From assembly GCA_016192135.1 (NCBI GenBank), contig JACPUR010000013.1, positions 204,277-268,276 on the forward strand: a DNA stretch of 64,000 nt, in the 5' to 3' direction. The position numbers and the translations under genes were made by a program. Origin of the DNA: Candidatus Tectimicrobiota bacterium (GTDB lineage: Bacteria; UBA8248). This document shows, piece by piece, positions 47,357 to 55,847 of the stretch. A model generated the notes under the pieces. The model was not told the origin of the DNA and ran no database searches. It worked only from the letters and a program-made list of their open reading frames with translations. The number at the start of each line of letters is the position of its first letter. Positions within the stretch are counted from its first letter, which is position 1.

Positions 47357-49102
47357 TCAAGCCGCCGCCTCGGAGCGCATCACGTAGCGGCGCGCGGCGA
47401 TCACCACCACGACGAGAATCACCGTTTGAATAAGGCTCAAGACCGCGGTCGCTCCGTACTCGGCCGACTCCCACTGATTGTAAATCTGGACGGAGAGAAC
47501 AATGCTGTCGGTCGTGTACAGGAATATGGAGGAGCCCAGCTCGCGCACCGCCAGGATAAAGAGCAGGATCACGCTGGAGAGGATGCCGGGCCGGGCGAGA
47601 GGGATGATCACCCGGCGGAGAGTCTGCCAGAAGCCCCCTCCGTGGATGCGGCTGGATTCTTCGAGCTCCTTGTGGATCTGAAGGAGGTTCACCCCCGCCG
47701 CGCGCACGCCATCGGGGATGAAGCGTGCGACATAGGCCAAGGCGAGAATCCAAATGGTCCCATAAATCGGCACCGGAAAGGATATCCACGCCCACAGATA
47801 CGCCACGCCGATCACCAAGCCGGGCACCGCGATCGGAATCATGCTCAGGTAATCCAGGCTCTTCCTTCCCGGGAGATCGGTTCTATGGACGCAGTAGGCC
47901 GTGAGGAAGCACAAGATGGAACCCACGATGGCCGCCAAGGCGCCCATCTGAAGGCTGTTCCAAATCGACGCGAAAGCCTGCTCGTGGGTCCAGAGGAAGC
48001 GGAAATGCTGCAGGGTGAGCACATTGAAATCGAACACCGACCAGAAGCTGGGAAAGAACATGAAGCTCCTGAGGCTCAGAAGAAGCAGCGCGAAGTAGGG
48101 AAGCACGACCGTGACCACGAGATAGATTGCGATCAAGGCGACGACGGCGGGCTTCCATCTCCGCAGCCTGAACATCCGCGGCTGGCTCGCCTTTCCGGTC
48201 ACCGTGATGAAGCTCCTCCGGCCGATGACCTGTCTCTGAAGAAAAACACCCACGAGGGTGAGCGCGATCAGCAGGACGCTCACGGAGGCGGCCTTCTCGT
48301 AGGCCGGGGGATTCCCCGTGACCAGGTTGAAAAGGTAGGTCGTCAGAAAGTGGATGTTGGCGGGCACCGCTATCGTCGCCGGAACGGCGAACAGGCCCAG
48401 CGTGATCACGAAGACCAAGAGCGCCGCCGAGAGGATGGGATGAATGATGAGCGGAAACGTCACCCGCCGCACCGTCTCCCACGCGTTCGCCCCGCTGATC
48501 GCGGAGGCCTCCTCCAGAACCGGATCCATCCGCCTGAGGGCGGGCGTCAGGAACATGTAGGTATAGGGGGCGTAATAGACGCCGAGGACGAACCAGATGC
48601 CGGTGAAAGAGTAGATGTTGAGGCGGAAGTCCAGCCCCAGGTCCTTGAAGATGAGGTTCAGGATCCCCGCCCGGTCGCTGGCCAGGGTGGCCCAAGCCAT
48701 GGAGGCGATCAGGGGCGAGACGAACAGCGGCATGATGGCGATGATCTCGATCAACCCCTTGCGTCTGATGTCGGTCCGGGCGACCACCCAGGCGAAGAAA
48801 AGGCCTATCAGCATGGCCAAAACCGCTCCCCCGGCGCATCCCACAAGGCTGTTGTATGTCGCCTTGTAGAGCGAAGCCGTCCCGTACATCTCAATGTAGT
48901 TGCCAAAAGTCAGATGGCTGAAGGCCTGCCCCAAACGGGTAGGCTCGACCGTCGAGAGAGAGCCCAGCAGCAGGATGCCGATGGGGTAGGGAATGAAGAA
49001 GAAAAGGAGGAGGAATATCGGCGCCACGGCCGCCAAGGCGAAGAGGCGGCGGCGCGTTCGATGTGAGGTGACGCCCGCCTGCTGGGGAATGGTCGATTCC
49101 AT
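47357..49102 (-). CDS. ABC permease, fused double-domain (FbpB/AfuB-like)
   Basis: 581 aa. Paralog of 7445..9175. Confidence 0.8.
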   Translation of the reverse strand: MESTIPQQAGVTSHRTRRRLFALAAVAPIFLLLFFFIPYPIGILLLGSLSTVEPTRLGQAFSHLTFGNYIEMYGTASLYKATYNSLVGCAGGAVLAMLIGLFFAWVVARTDIRRKGLIEIIAIMPLFVSPLIASMAWATLASDRAGILNLIFKDLGLDFRLNIYSFTGIWFVLGVYYAPYTYMFLTPALRRMDPVLEEASAISGANAWETVRRVTFPLIIHPILSAALLVFVITLGLFAVPATIAVPANIHFLTTYLFNLVTGNPPAYEKAASVSVLLIALTLVGVFLQRQVIGRRSFITVTGKASQPRMFRLRRWKPAVVALIAIYLVVTVVLPYFALLLLSLRSFMFFPSFWSVFDFNVLTLQHFRFLWTHEQAFASIWNSLQMGALAAIVGSILCFLTAYCVHRTDLPGRKSLDYLSMIPIAVPGLVIGVAYLWAWISFPVPIYGTIWILALAYVARFIPDGVRAAGVNLLQIHKELEESSRIHGGGFWQTLRRVIIPLARPGILSSVILLFILAVRELGSSIFLYTTDSIVLSVQIYNQWESAEYGATAVLSLIQTVILVVVVIAARRYVMRSEAAA

Positions 49103-49117
49103 CGTCCCCGTTCCTCT

Positions 49118-49648
49118 TCAGGAAGCCTGCATCTTCTCCAGGCGCTTCTTCAGGGCGGGAAGGCTCCCTCCCAGCGCGATGATCTCCCGGAGCTCGGCGG
49201 GCAGCGGCTCCGCTTCGTGGACGAGGCCCTGGGTGAGGTTTTCGATCTTGCCCCTTTCAAAATCCACCCTAATCCGGTCACCGTCCGCCACCTTCCCGCC
49301 GATGCCGGCACAGAAGGGGAGCGAGGGAAGGCCCGCCGCGACGAGCATCCGGTAGGTGAAGTGGGGCACGCTCTCCGCAATCAGCCCCAATCCCAGGCCC
49401 GTCATGCCCAAGAGCCCATAGATATGAGGGTTGCCCTGCCCGAACCGCTTCCCGGCCACCACGATGTCGCCCGGCTTCGCGCGCTGCGGAAAGTCCGGGA
49501 TGAGGTTCGTGAACACATGCTGCTTGAGGTATTCGGGGTCCGACACGCGCACGCCCTGCACGAACACCTTGGCGAACTCGATGATGTCGTCGTCCAGGGA
49601 AAGATTGTCCCCGAGCTTCCAGCAGCGGCCTTCCAGCACCCAGTTCAC
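49118..49648 (-). CDS. Aconitase-family small subunit (LeuD-like), divergent
   Basis: 176 aa. Contains GDNLSLDDDIIEF and GDIVVAGKRFGQGNPHIYG. Confidence 0.7.
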   Translation of the reverse strand: MNWVLEGRCWKLGDNLSLDDDIIEFAKVFVQGVRVSDPEYLKQHVFTNLIPDFPQRAKPGDIVVAGKRFGQGNPHIYGLLGMTGLGLGLIAESVPHFTYRMLVAAGLPSLPFCAGIGGKVADGDRIRVDFERGKIENLTQGLVHEAEPLPAELREIIALGGSLPALKKRLEKMQAS

Positions 49649-49658
49649 GGCCTCTCCC

Positions 49659-50918
49659 TCAGCCCAGGAACTCGCGCGGATCCGTGATTTTTCCCGTCAC
49701 CGCGGAGGCGGCCACCGTCGCCGCGCTCGAGAGGTAAATCTCCGCCTTGCGGCTGCCCATCCGGCCCACGTCGTTGCGGGTGACGGTGGCGATGCAGGTC
49801 TCGCCGTCCGCCAGAGGCCCTCCCTTGCCGATGGCGCATGGGCCGCATCCGGGCGGGCCGACCAGCGCACCCGCTTCCACGAAAATCTGCATGAGCCCTT
49901 CCCGGATGCAGCGGTCGGCGACCTCGCGGCTGCCCGGCGTCACGATCATCCGGACTCCCGGGGCGACCCGGCGGCCCTTGAGGATGGCGGCGGCCTCCGC
50001 CATGTCCTCGTACTGGTCCGCCGCGCATGAGCCCAGATAGGCCGCGTGGACCGGGATTCCGAGCGTCTCCCGCAGGGGAACCACCTGCTCCGGCCGCGGG
50101 GGAATGGCCACCATCGGCTCAAGCCGGGAAAGGTCGAATCGATGAACGGCCGCGTATTCGGCGTCCAGGTCGCTGGCGAGAGGCTCATGCACCCCCAAGC
50201 CGCGCTCCTCCATCCAGGCGGAGGCCTTGGAATCGAAGGGAACGATAGCGCTCTTGGCGCCCACCTCGATCGGCAGGTTGCAGAGCTTCACCCGGGCGTC
50301 CACGCCGAGGTCCCCGATGGCGCTCCCCCCGTACTCGAACATCCGGTAGTCGGCCTCGTCGGGCCCGATCTCCTTGATGATGAGCGCCGCCGCATCGCGG
50401 ACGGTCACCCCGGGCGGGAATTTCCCTTCGAGCTCGACCCGGATCGTTTCCGGCACGCGGAACCAGTGGCTCCCCGTGGCGAGCACGGCGGGGAACTCGA
50501 ACACCAGGGAGAGGCCGAGGCACCCGAGCGCGCCGTAATTCGTCACGTGGATGTCGTAGGCCAGGACGAGCATGCCCGGCTTCACGAGCCCCAGCTCCAT
50601 CGGGAAGACGTGGCCCTGGCCCCGCCCCACATCGAAGAAGTGGCGGACGCCCCAGCGCTTCACGATGTCGCGGATGTTCTTCGCCCGGTTGGCGATGGCG
50701 ACGGTCTGAGGGATGGTATCGTGGTCGAAGCACACCAGTACGCGGCCGGGGTCCCAAGGGCGCTCGACGCCCACTTGCAGAAGCTGCCGATCGGCTTCGA
50801 CCACGTAAAGATCGTGGATGGTGGCCAGATCGGGCTCGGGATAGACGATGTCGCCCGGCTTCACGACGGAAAGGCCGGAGGCCCGCGCCATGATCTTCTC
50901 GGTGAGGGTCATGCCCAT
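49659..50918 (-). CDS. Aconitase-family large subunit (LeuC-like), divergent active-site motifs
   Basis: Begins MGMTLTEKIMARASGL. Retains GSC...GCGPC Cys ligands. Has AYDIHVTNYGALGCLG and TVTRNDVGRMG in place of the canonical GG(D/N)SH.CT.GA.GA and TNRNF.GR.G. Confidence 0.75.
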   Translation of the reverse strand: MGMTLTEKIMARASGLSVVKPGDIVYPEPDLATIHDLYVVEADRQLLQVGVERPWDPGRVLVCFDHDTIPQTVAIANRAKNIRDIVKRWGVRHFFDVGRGQGHVFPMELGLVKPGMLVLAYDIHVTNYGALGCLGLSLVFEFPAVLATGSHWFRVPETIRVELEGKFPPGVTVRDAAALIIKEIGPDEADYRMFEYGGSAIGDLGVDARVKLCNLPIEVGAKSAIVPFDSKASAWMEERGLGVHEPLASDLDAEYAAVHRFDLSRLEPMVAIPPRPEQVVPLRETLGIPVHAAYLGSCAADQYEDMAEAAAILKGRRVAPGVRMIVTPGSREVADRCIREGLMQIFVEAGALVGPPGCGPCAIGKGGPLADGETCIATVTRNDVGRMGSRKAEIYLSSAATVAASAVTGKITDPREFLG

Positions 50919-51180
50919 CGGCGGTGCCCTTGGAATAAGGCTGGAAGCGGCCGTTCCCGGTAGCTATCGAAACACGGCGGCGCCCGAATAATTCCTCGCT
51001 AAGCTTTCTTGATTTTCAAGACCATAGCATTACCCCAAGCCGCGCGCAAATTTGCGGAAAATAGGCGCGTCATTCATCCGGCGTATGCAGGCGGAGGGCG
51101 GGGGGCGTTTGCCGCGCCACGCTTGGACTGATACCGTTCGCTGAACGGTTAACGGCACATGTCTGGGGGCGGGGCCAAAT

Positions 51181-51858
51181 ATGCACCCGAGCGAAATCGC
51201 GCGCCTCCGCGCCGAGCTGAAATCCTACCCGGATATTGTCCGGGGCGAGATCGACGGCCTGACCTGGGAGCAGATGTGCTACGCCGCCCAGGAGCCCGCC
51301 TGGGCGCGCTGGTGCATCGATCTCCAGATCCGCCACATCGCTCTGGTCACCCCCGTATGGCTCTCCCTCCGCGCGGAGGAGGTGCTCCGCCGGGAGGGAT
51401 ACCGCTTCCCCGAGACGGCGGCGGCCATCAAGGGGCTCATCGCCTCGGGGCAGCGCCACGTGCCGCCCGAGATCGCGCCCGCCCGCGCGGGCGTCATCGC
51501 GTTCATGCGGCCCTGGGCGGACCTTTGCTGCGAGATCATCGATCGCGAGGGGGCGGAGGGGCTGGAGAAGCGCACCTTCACCTTCTACACCGACCCGGAT
51601 TGGGTGCGCCCGGGCGACCCGAAGAAGCCGGTGGAGTATCACCGCATCGCCGCGCGGCTCCACCCGGACGGTTTTCGGGAGGACGCGGAGAAGCCGGGCC
51701 TGTTCCACTTCCACATCGGGGCCATCCTGCGCCACATCTGGTGGAATGTGCTGGCCCATCTACGCACCGCCCAGCGGCTCAAGATGCTGCAGGGGCTGCC
51801 CGTCGTCCATGACTTGCCGCGGGAAGGCTATCTCACGCTGCCGGAGTTTTACGCCTGA
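51181..51858 (+). CDS. Hypothetical protein (possible DinB/YfiT-like helical bundle); function unknown
   Basis: 225-aa ORF with high GC3 and His-rich motifs (IRHIA, HFHIGAILRHIWWNVLAH). The only plus-strand gene between two minus-strand operons. Confidence 0.5.
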   Translation: MHPSEIARLRAELKSYPDIVRGEIDGLTWEQMCYAAQEPAWARWCIDLQIRHIALVTPVWLSLRAEEVLRREGYRFPETAAAIKGLIASGQRHVPPEIAPARAGVIAFMRPWADLCCEIIDREGAEGLEKRTFTFYTDPDWVRPGDPKKPVEYHRIAARLHPDGFREDAEKPGLFHFHIGAILRHIWWNVLAHLRTAQRLKMLQGLPVVHDLPREGYLTLPEFYA

Positions 51859-51882
51859 CGGCCGGAAGAATCGCCCTCCGGC

Positions 51883-52539
51883 TCAATCCGTCGTGAACTT
51901 CTTCGCGAGCAGCGGGAAAAGGCCGGCCATCGCCTCCCCTTTCGCCGCGCGCTCTTTCACCTCCTTCTCGATGGCCCGGATCCGCTCGACTTGGCGCTTC
52001 ACCTCGGCGAGCCGGGTCAGCGGAACGGCCGCCACCCCATCGATGTCGGCGACGATGATGTCGCCCGGCTCCACGCGCACCCCGCAGCAGGTGACGGGAG
52101 TGTCCATGGCCACCACCTCCAGGCGCCGCGGGAAGGCCAGGCTCCAAACCGACTTGCAGAACACCGGGAACTTCAGGTCGCGGATGTCCTCCACGTCCCG
52201 CGTCGCCCCGTCGATCACGGCGCCCACCGCCCCGCGCCGGGAGCACACCCCGCTGGAACCTCCCCCCCAGGCGGCGAGCGGGGAGCCTGCCGCGTCCACG
52301 ACCATGACGGCCCCTTTGGGGATGACGTCCACCACGTCGTAGAGGCTGTAGGGAGCCTTCACCCCTGGGGTGCGGACGGGCGCGAAGACCATTGTGGCCG
52401 CCGGGCCCGCGAACCGCGGATATGTCTCCGGCACGACGGGGCGGGGCCCTTCCATGATGAGGTTCAGCCCGAGCGCCGTCGCGGCGTCCGCCAGCGTGGC
52501 CGTGGCGACGCCCGAAAAGAAATCCGCATCCACGCTCAT
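51883..52539 (-). CDS. RraA-like protein (RraA / 4-hydroxy-4-methyl-2-oxoglutarate aldolase family)
   Basis: 218 aa. Contains GAVMVVDAAG...AAWGG and GAVIDGATRD. Confidence 0.75.
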   Translation of the reverse strand: MSVDADFFSGVATATLADAATALGLNLIMEGPRPVVPETYPRFAGPAATMVFAPVRTPGVKAPYSLYDVVDVIPKGAVMVVDAAGSPLAAWGGGSSGVCSRRGAVGAVIDGATRDVEDIRDLKFPVFCKSVWSLAFPRRLEVVAMDTPVTCCGVRVEPGDIIVADIDGVAAVPLTRLAEVKRQVERIRAIEKEVKERAAKGEAMAGLFPLLAKKFTTD

Positions 52540-52609
52540 CGGAGCCTCCTCCCGCCTTGGCGCACCCCGCCCCTGGATGCCGCCCCCGTTTGTCCTTCCT
52601 GCACGGCGA

Positions 52610-53995
52610 TCAGTAGGTCAATCCGCCGAATCCCTCGAAGAAGCGCGCGAGGAACTTCTCCGATCGCAGCAGGCCCTCCACCTGGCAGTACTCATTCGCC
52701 GCGTGCTTGCGCATGGCATTGCAGGGAAGCCCCCCGATCCAGGGGATGCCCAATTCTTCGGTCCAGAGCGCAACCGGCATCCCCGCGGGATGGACGGGCC
52801 AGACCTCGGGGTCCGCCCCCATCTCCTTGTGGGCCCGAAGGAAGCACGCGATGAGAGGGTGTTCCGGCGAGGTGGCGCCGCCGGCATAGTGGTTGTTCAC
52901 GACGAACTCGATGTCCCCGAAACCGCCCTCCTCGAGAATCCGGCGCACGTTCTCGATGCGCTCGTCCGGGTCCTCGCCCGGCAGAAAGCGCATGTTCACC
53001 ACCGCCTGGGCCTCGGAGGGGATGCTCACCTTGACGGATTTCCCCTCCCCGATGAACCCCGCCTGGAGGCCGATCAGGGTGAACTCGGGGCGGAAGAGGT
53101 GCGCGCGCACCGCCGCATGGAAGTCGTCCTGACGAAACCGCTTCACCCCCAGGCTCCGCCTCAGCCGTTCGGGATCCATGCGCTCGGAGAGCCGGCGGCA
53201 GAGCCTCTCTTGGACCGGGCTCGGCATCCAGCCCTCTCCGCGCTCGTAGATCTCCTCGAGGCGCTTTTCAAGATAGGCGACCGCCTCGACCAAGCGGTCG
53301 GCGGGGTTTCCGATCCAGTTGCTGTTCAGGGCGTGGATCTCGTTGCCGATGGGGCCGCCCCACTCGCCCGGCCGGCAGAAGAGCCTTCCCATGAGGTTGC
53401 CCTTCAGGCCGAGAGGGACGATGGGGGTGCCGTCGGTCTGGGCCATCGGGCAGAGCCAGTAGGCGGCGTTCGCCCGTTTCATCTTTTCCTTGTAGCGCGG
53501 AAAGAAGTCCTTGAGCCCGCCGCTTCCCAGCTCCGAGGCCTCGTGGACGAACATGAGATTGAGCGGGAGCTTTTGGCCCGCGGCGCGGGCGGCGTACACG
53601 GTGTTCATGACGCCGGCGATGCCCGTCTTCATGTCCTCTGCGCCCCGGCCGACGATGCAGCGGCCCAGGCCGTCGAGCTGGTGTATCCGCGGCTCGAAGG
53701 GCGGGTTCAGCCAGCCCGGCTCCTCCGCCGGGGTCACGTCGTAGAGGCCGTGGCAGAGCAGCGTCCGCGGCGCGCCTTCGTCAATCAGGCCGAAGACGAC
53801 GGGGAACTCGGCGGTCTCGACCACCTCGGCCGTCCCCCCCACCTCGCGGATTTCCCCGGCGAGCATCTCCGCCATCTCGCGGTTGCCCCAGTCCAGGGCC
53901 GACACGCTCGGCTGCCGGATGTAGTCCAGAAGGCGGCGGACGTGGCTGTCTTCGAAATCCCTTTCGATTTGAGCGACTACGCGATCGACTTTCAT
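52610..53995 (-). CDS. M20-family metallohydrolase (third copy in window)
   Basis: Start at MKVDRVVAQIERDFEDS. Contains HGLYDV and GRGAEDMK motifs. Confidence 0.75.
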   Translation of the reverse strand: MKVDRVVAQIERDFEDSHVRRLLDYIRQPSVSALDWGNREMAEMLAGEIREVGGTAEVVETAEFPVVFGLIDEGAPRTLLCHGLYDVTPAEEPGWLNPPFEPRIHQLDGLGRCIVGRGAEDMKTGIAGVMNTVYAARAAGQKLPLNLMFVHEASELGSGGLKDFFPRYKEKMKRANAAYWLCPMAQTDGTPIVPLGLKGNLMGRLFCRPGEWGGPIGNEIHALNSNWIGNPADRLVEAVAYLEKRLEEIYERGEGWMPSPVQERLCRRLSERMDPERLRRSLGVKRFRQDDFHAAVRAHLFRPEFTLIGLQAGFIGEGKSVKVSIPSEAQAVVNMRFLPGEDPDERIENVRRILEEGGFGDIEFVVNNHYAGGATSPEHPLIACFLRAHKEMGADPEVWPVHPAGMPVALWTEELGIPWIGGLPCNAMRKHAANEYCQVEGLLRSEKFLARFFEGFGGLTY

Positions 53996-54006
53996 CCGCT
54001 CCTCCC

Positions 54007-54318
54007 TCAAGGGATCATCAAGCCGAGCAGCGGGCCGTGCTGCTGGGCGCCGTAGACATCGCGGTCGCCCGGCGCGCCCGAGGTGGGCCCGGTTCGCGGT
54101 ATGGTGATCTTGATGGCGCGGGCCGCGTCGAACTGGATGATCCGGACCTCCTCGGCCTCGACGCCATAGAGCGCGGCCACGGCGCCGGGCGTCAGGGCCT
54201 CGCTGCCGGCCACCCGCCTGTAGGTCCCCTCATCGGCGAAGAGCAGATCCAGGGTTATATAGAGGGGCCCCGCGTTCTTGCTCCGCAGGACTTCCGCCAG
54301 GTCGTAGAGGCGATCCAA
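54007..54318 (-). CDS. DUF4387-like small protein (usual partner of AtuA/DUF1446)
   Basis: Contains LDRLYDLAEVLRSKNAGPLYITLDLLFADEGTYRRV...DRDVYGAQQHGPLLGLMIP. The start is uncertain: TTG at 54318, or GTG at about 54345 overlapping the upstream gene. Confidence 0.5.
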   Translation of the reverse strand: MDRLYDLAEVLRSKNAGPLYITLDLLFADEGTYRRVAGSEALTPGAVAALYGVEAEEVRIIQFDAARAIKITIPRTGPTSGAPGDRDVYGAQQHGPLLGLMIP

Positions 54319-54326
54319 GCCCCCCC

Positions 54327-55691
54327 CTAACCCACCCGCTCGAACTCGACCGCGAAGGGAGCGCCCGCGTCCTCGAGCTCGATGAGATGGTAGATGTGGA
54401 ACTCGTAGACCGGGCCGCCCCGGAAATCCGAGGGCGAAAAGGGAAAGGCCAGGTTGCCGGCCGTCGCCTTGCGCCCTTCGAAGCCGCAATGAAGGTAGGT
54501 GCTGCGCGTGAGGGACAGAACGGCGTCGGCCGTGGCTTGGTCTTTGGCGATGGCCTCCATCACGAGCCCCACCTCATGCGCCGTCCTCGGACCCTCGGGG
54601 CCCGGGCGGCCGAGCACGCCGTCGCGGCCGTAGTAGACGAAGCGCAGCTCATAGTCCTCGGGCGCGAGGCTGCCGCGCAGCATGTCCGCCACGGTTTCCC
54701 GCACCCGCTCCTCCACCTCGTCGAGCCGCCGCAGCAGGCTCGGGTCGGTCATCCCCGCCACCGCGATGGTGCGCCAGCCGCGCAAGCGGACGCCCTCGAG
54801 TTTGATCGTGGGCCGCTGAGCGGCGACGAAGCGGCCGCCGCTCACCCGCACCCGCCGGTCGTCGAGCTGTTCGAACTCGGTCGCCTTCAGGTCCACCATG
54901 CCCTCAGGCTCGTAGAAGAGGTAGGGATCGGGCTGCTCGTACATCATGTGCGCGGCCACGGAGTTGGGCGTCAGCCGCTTGCCCATGTTCATGGGTTCGA
55001 GCTCGAAGTGGTCCTTCCGGAGCGTGCCCAGAATGCAATCGTTCGCCCCGATGGGAAGGGCGCATTGCGCGCCGCACTCGATGATCTTCGACATGTGGAA
55101 GGCGAGCCCCAGGTCGTAACCCCGCATGGCGGCGAACGCGGTGTAGATCGCCGTGTCGCAGGAGCGGCCCGCCAGGACGACGTCCGCCCCGCCCTCCAAT
55201 GCGCGGATATACGGCGTCAGGCCCATCTGGCCCACGATGCGCACGCTCTCATCCACGGCCTCTTCGGTGAGAGCCGGGAGCTTGCCCAGAGAGCGCGTGC
55301 GGCCCTCCCGGATGGCCTTCTTCACGAACTCCTTGTCCATCTCCGAGCGGATGATGGCGAGCCTGAACTTGAGGCCGTCGCGCCTGGCGAGCTGGTGCAT
55401 GACGCCGAGGACGGCATCCACGTGAGGATTGCCTCCCGCCGTTCCCGCCGAGCCGATGAGGTAGGGGATGCCCTTCCGGCGGGCGGCGCGGAGGGAGAGG
55501 CCCAGGTCGCGGACGATCTGCTCGCGCCGGGTGAGCTGCTCGCCGCTGCCCAGATAATAGGGCCCCGCGTCCGTGGAGCCGTTGTCGGCCCCCATGTAAT
55601 GAGGATCGCGCGCGATCCCGTTCTCAAGCGAAGAAACCGGGAACCCATAGCCCAGGTTCCCGCAGACCGAGAGGACACGCAGCTCGTCCAT
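54327..55691 (-). CDS. AtuA-like protein (acyclic-terpene-utilisation AtuA family, DUF1446)
   Basis: 454 aa. Begins MDELRVLSVCGNLGYGFPVSSLENGIARDPHYMGADNGSTDAGPYYLG. Confidence 0.7.
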   Translation of the reverse strand: MDELRVLSVCGNLGYGFPVSSLENGIARDPHYMGADNGSTDAGPYYLGSGEQLTRREQIVRDLGLSLRAARRKGIPYLIGSAGTAGGNPHVDAVLGVMHQLARRDGLKFRLAIIRSEMDKEFVKKAIREGRTRSLGKLPALTEEAVDESVRIVGQMGLTPYIRALEGGADVVLAGRSCDTAIYTAFAAMRGYDLGLAFHMSKIIECGAQCALPIGANDCILGTLRKDHFELEPMNMGKRLTPNSVAAHMMYEQPDPYLFYEPEGMVDLKATEFEQLDDRRVRVSGGRFVAAQRPTIKLEGVRLRGWRTIAVAGMTDPSLLRRLDEVEERVRETVADMLRGSLAPEDYELRFVYYGRDGVLGRPGPEGPRTAHEVGLVMEAIAKDQATADAVLSLTRSTYLHCGFEGRKATAGNLAFPFSPSDFRGGPVYEFHIYHLIELEDAGAPFAVEFERVG

Positions 55692-55847
55692 CGGGCGCTC
55701 TCCATCAAAGCATCCGGTGAGATGAAAGAGACTATCAGATCCCCGGCACGCGGCAAAACAGGGAAATTCGCGCGCAATTGCCCTCGCCGGCTCCGGCTCG
55801 GGCCTTACGTCCGATGCCGGCCGGTGGGCCCGCGGCGCCGGGGGAAG

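Noticed and set aside
43988-49066. 1692-aa plus-strand ORF
   Set aside because: It is antisense to five well-supported minus-strand genes (LeuC-like, ATPase, SBP, permease). The translation is Arg/Gly/His/Asp-rich nonsense.
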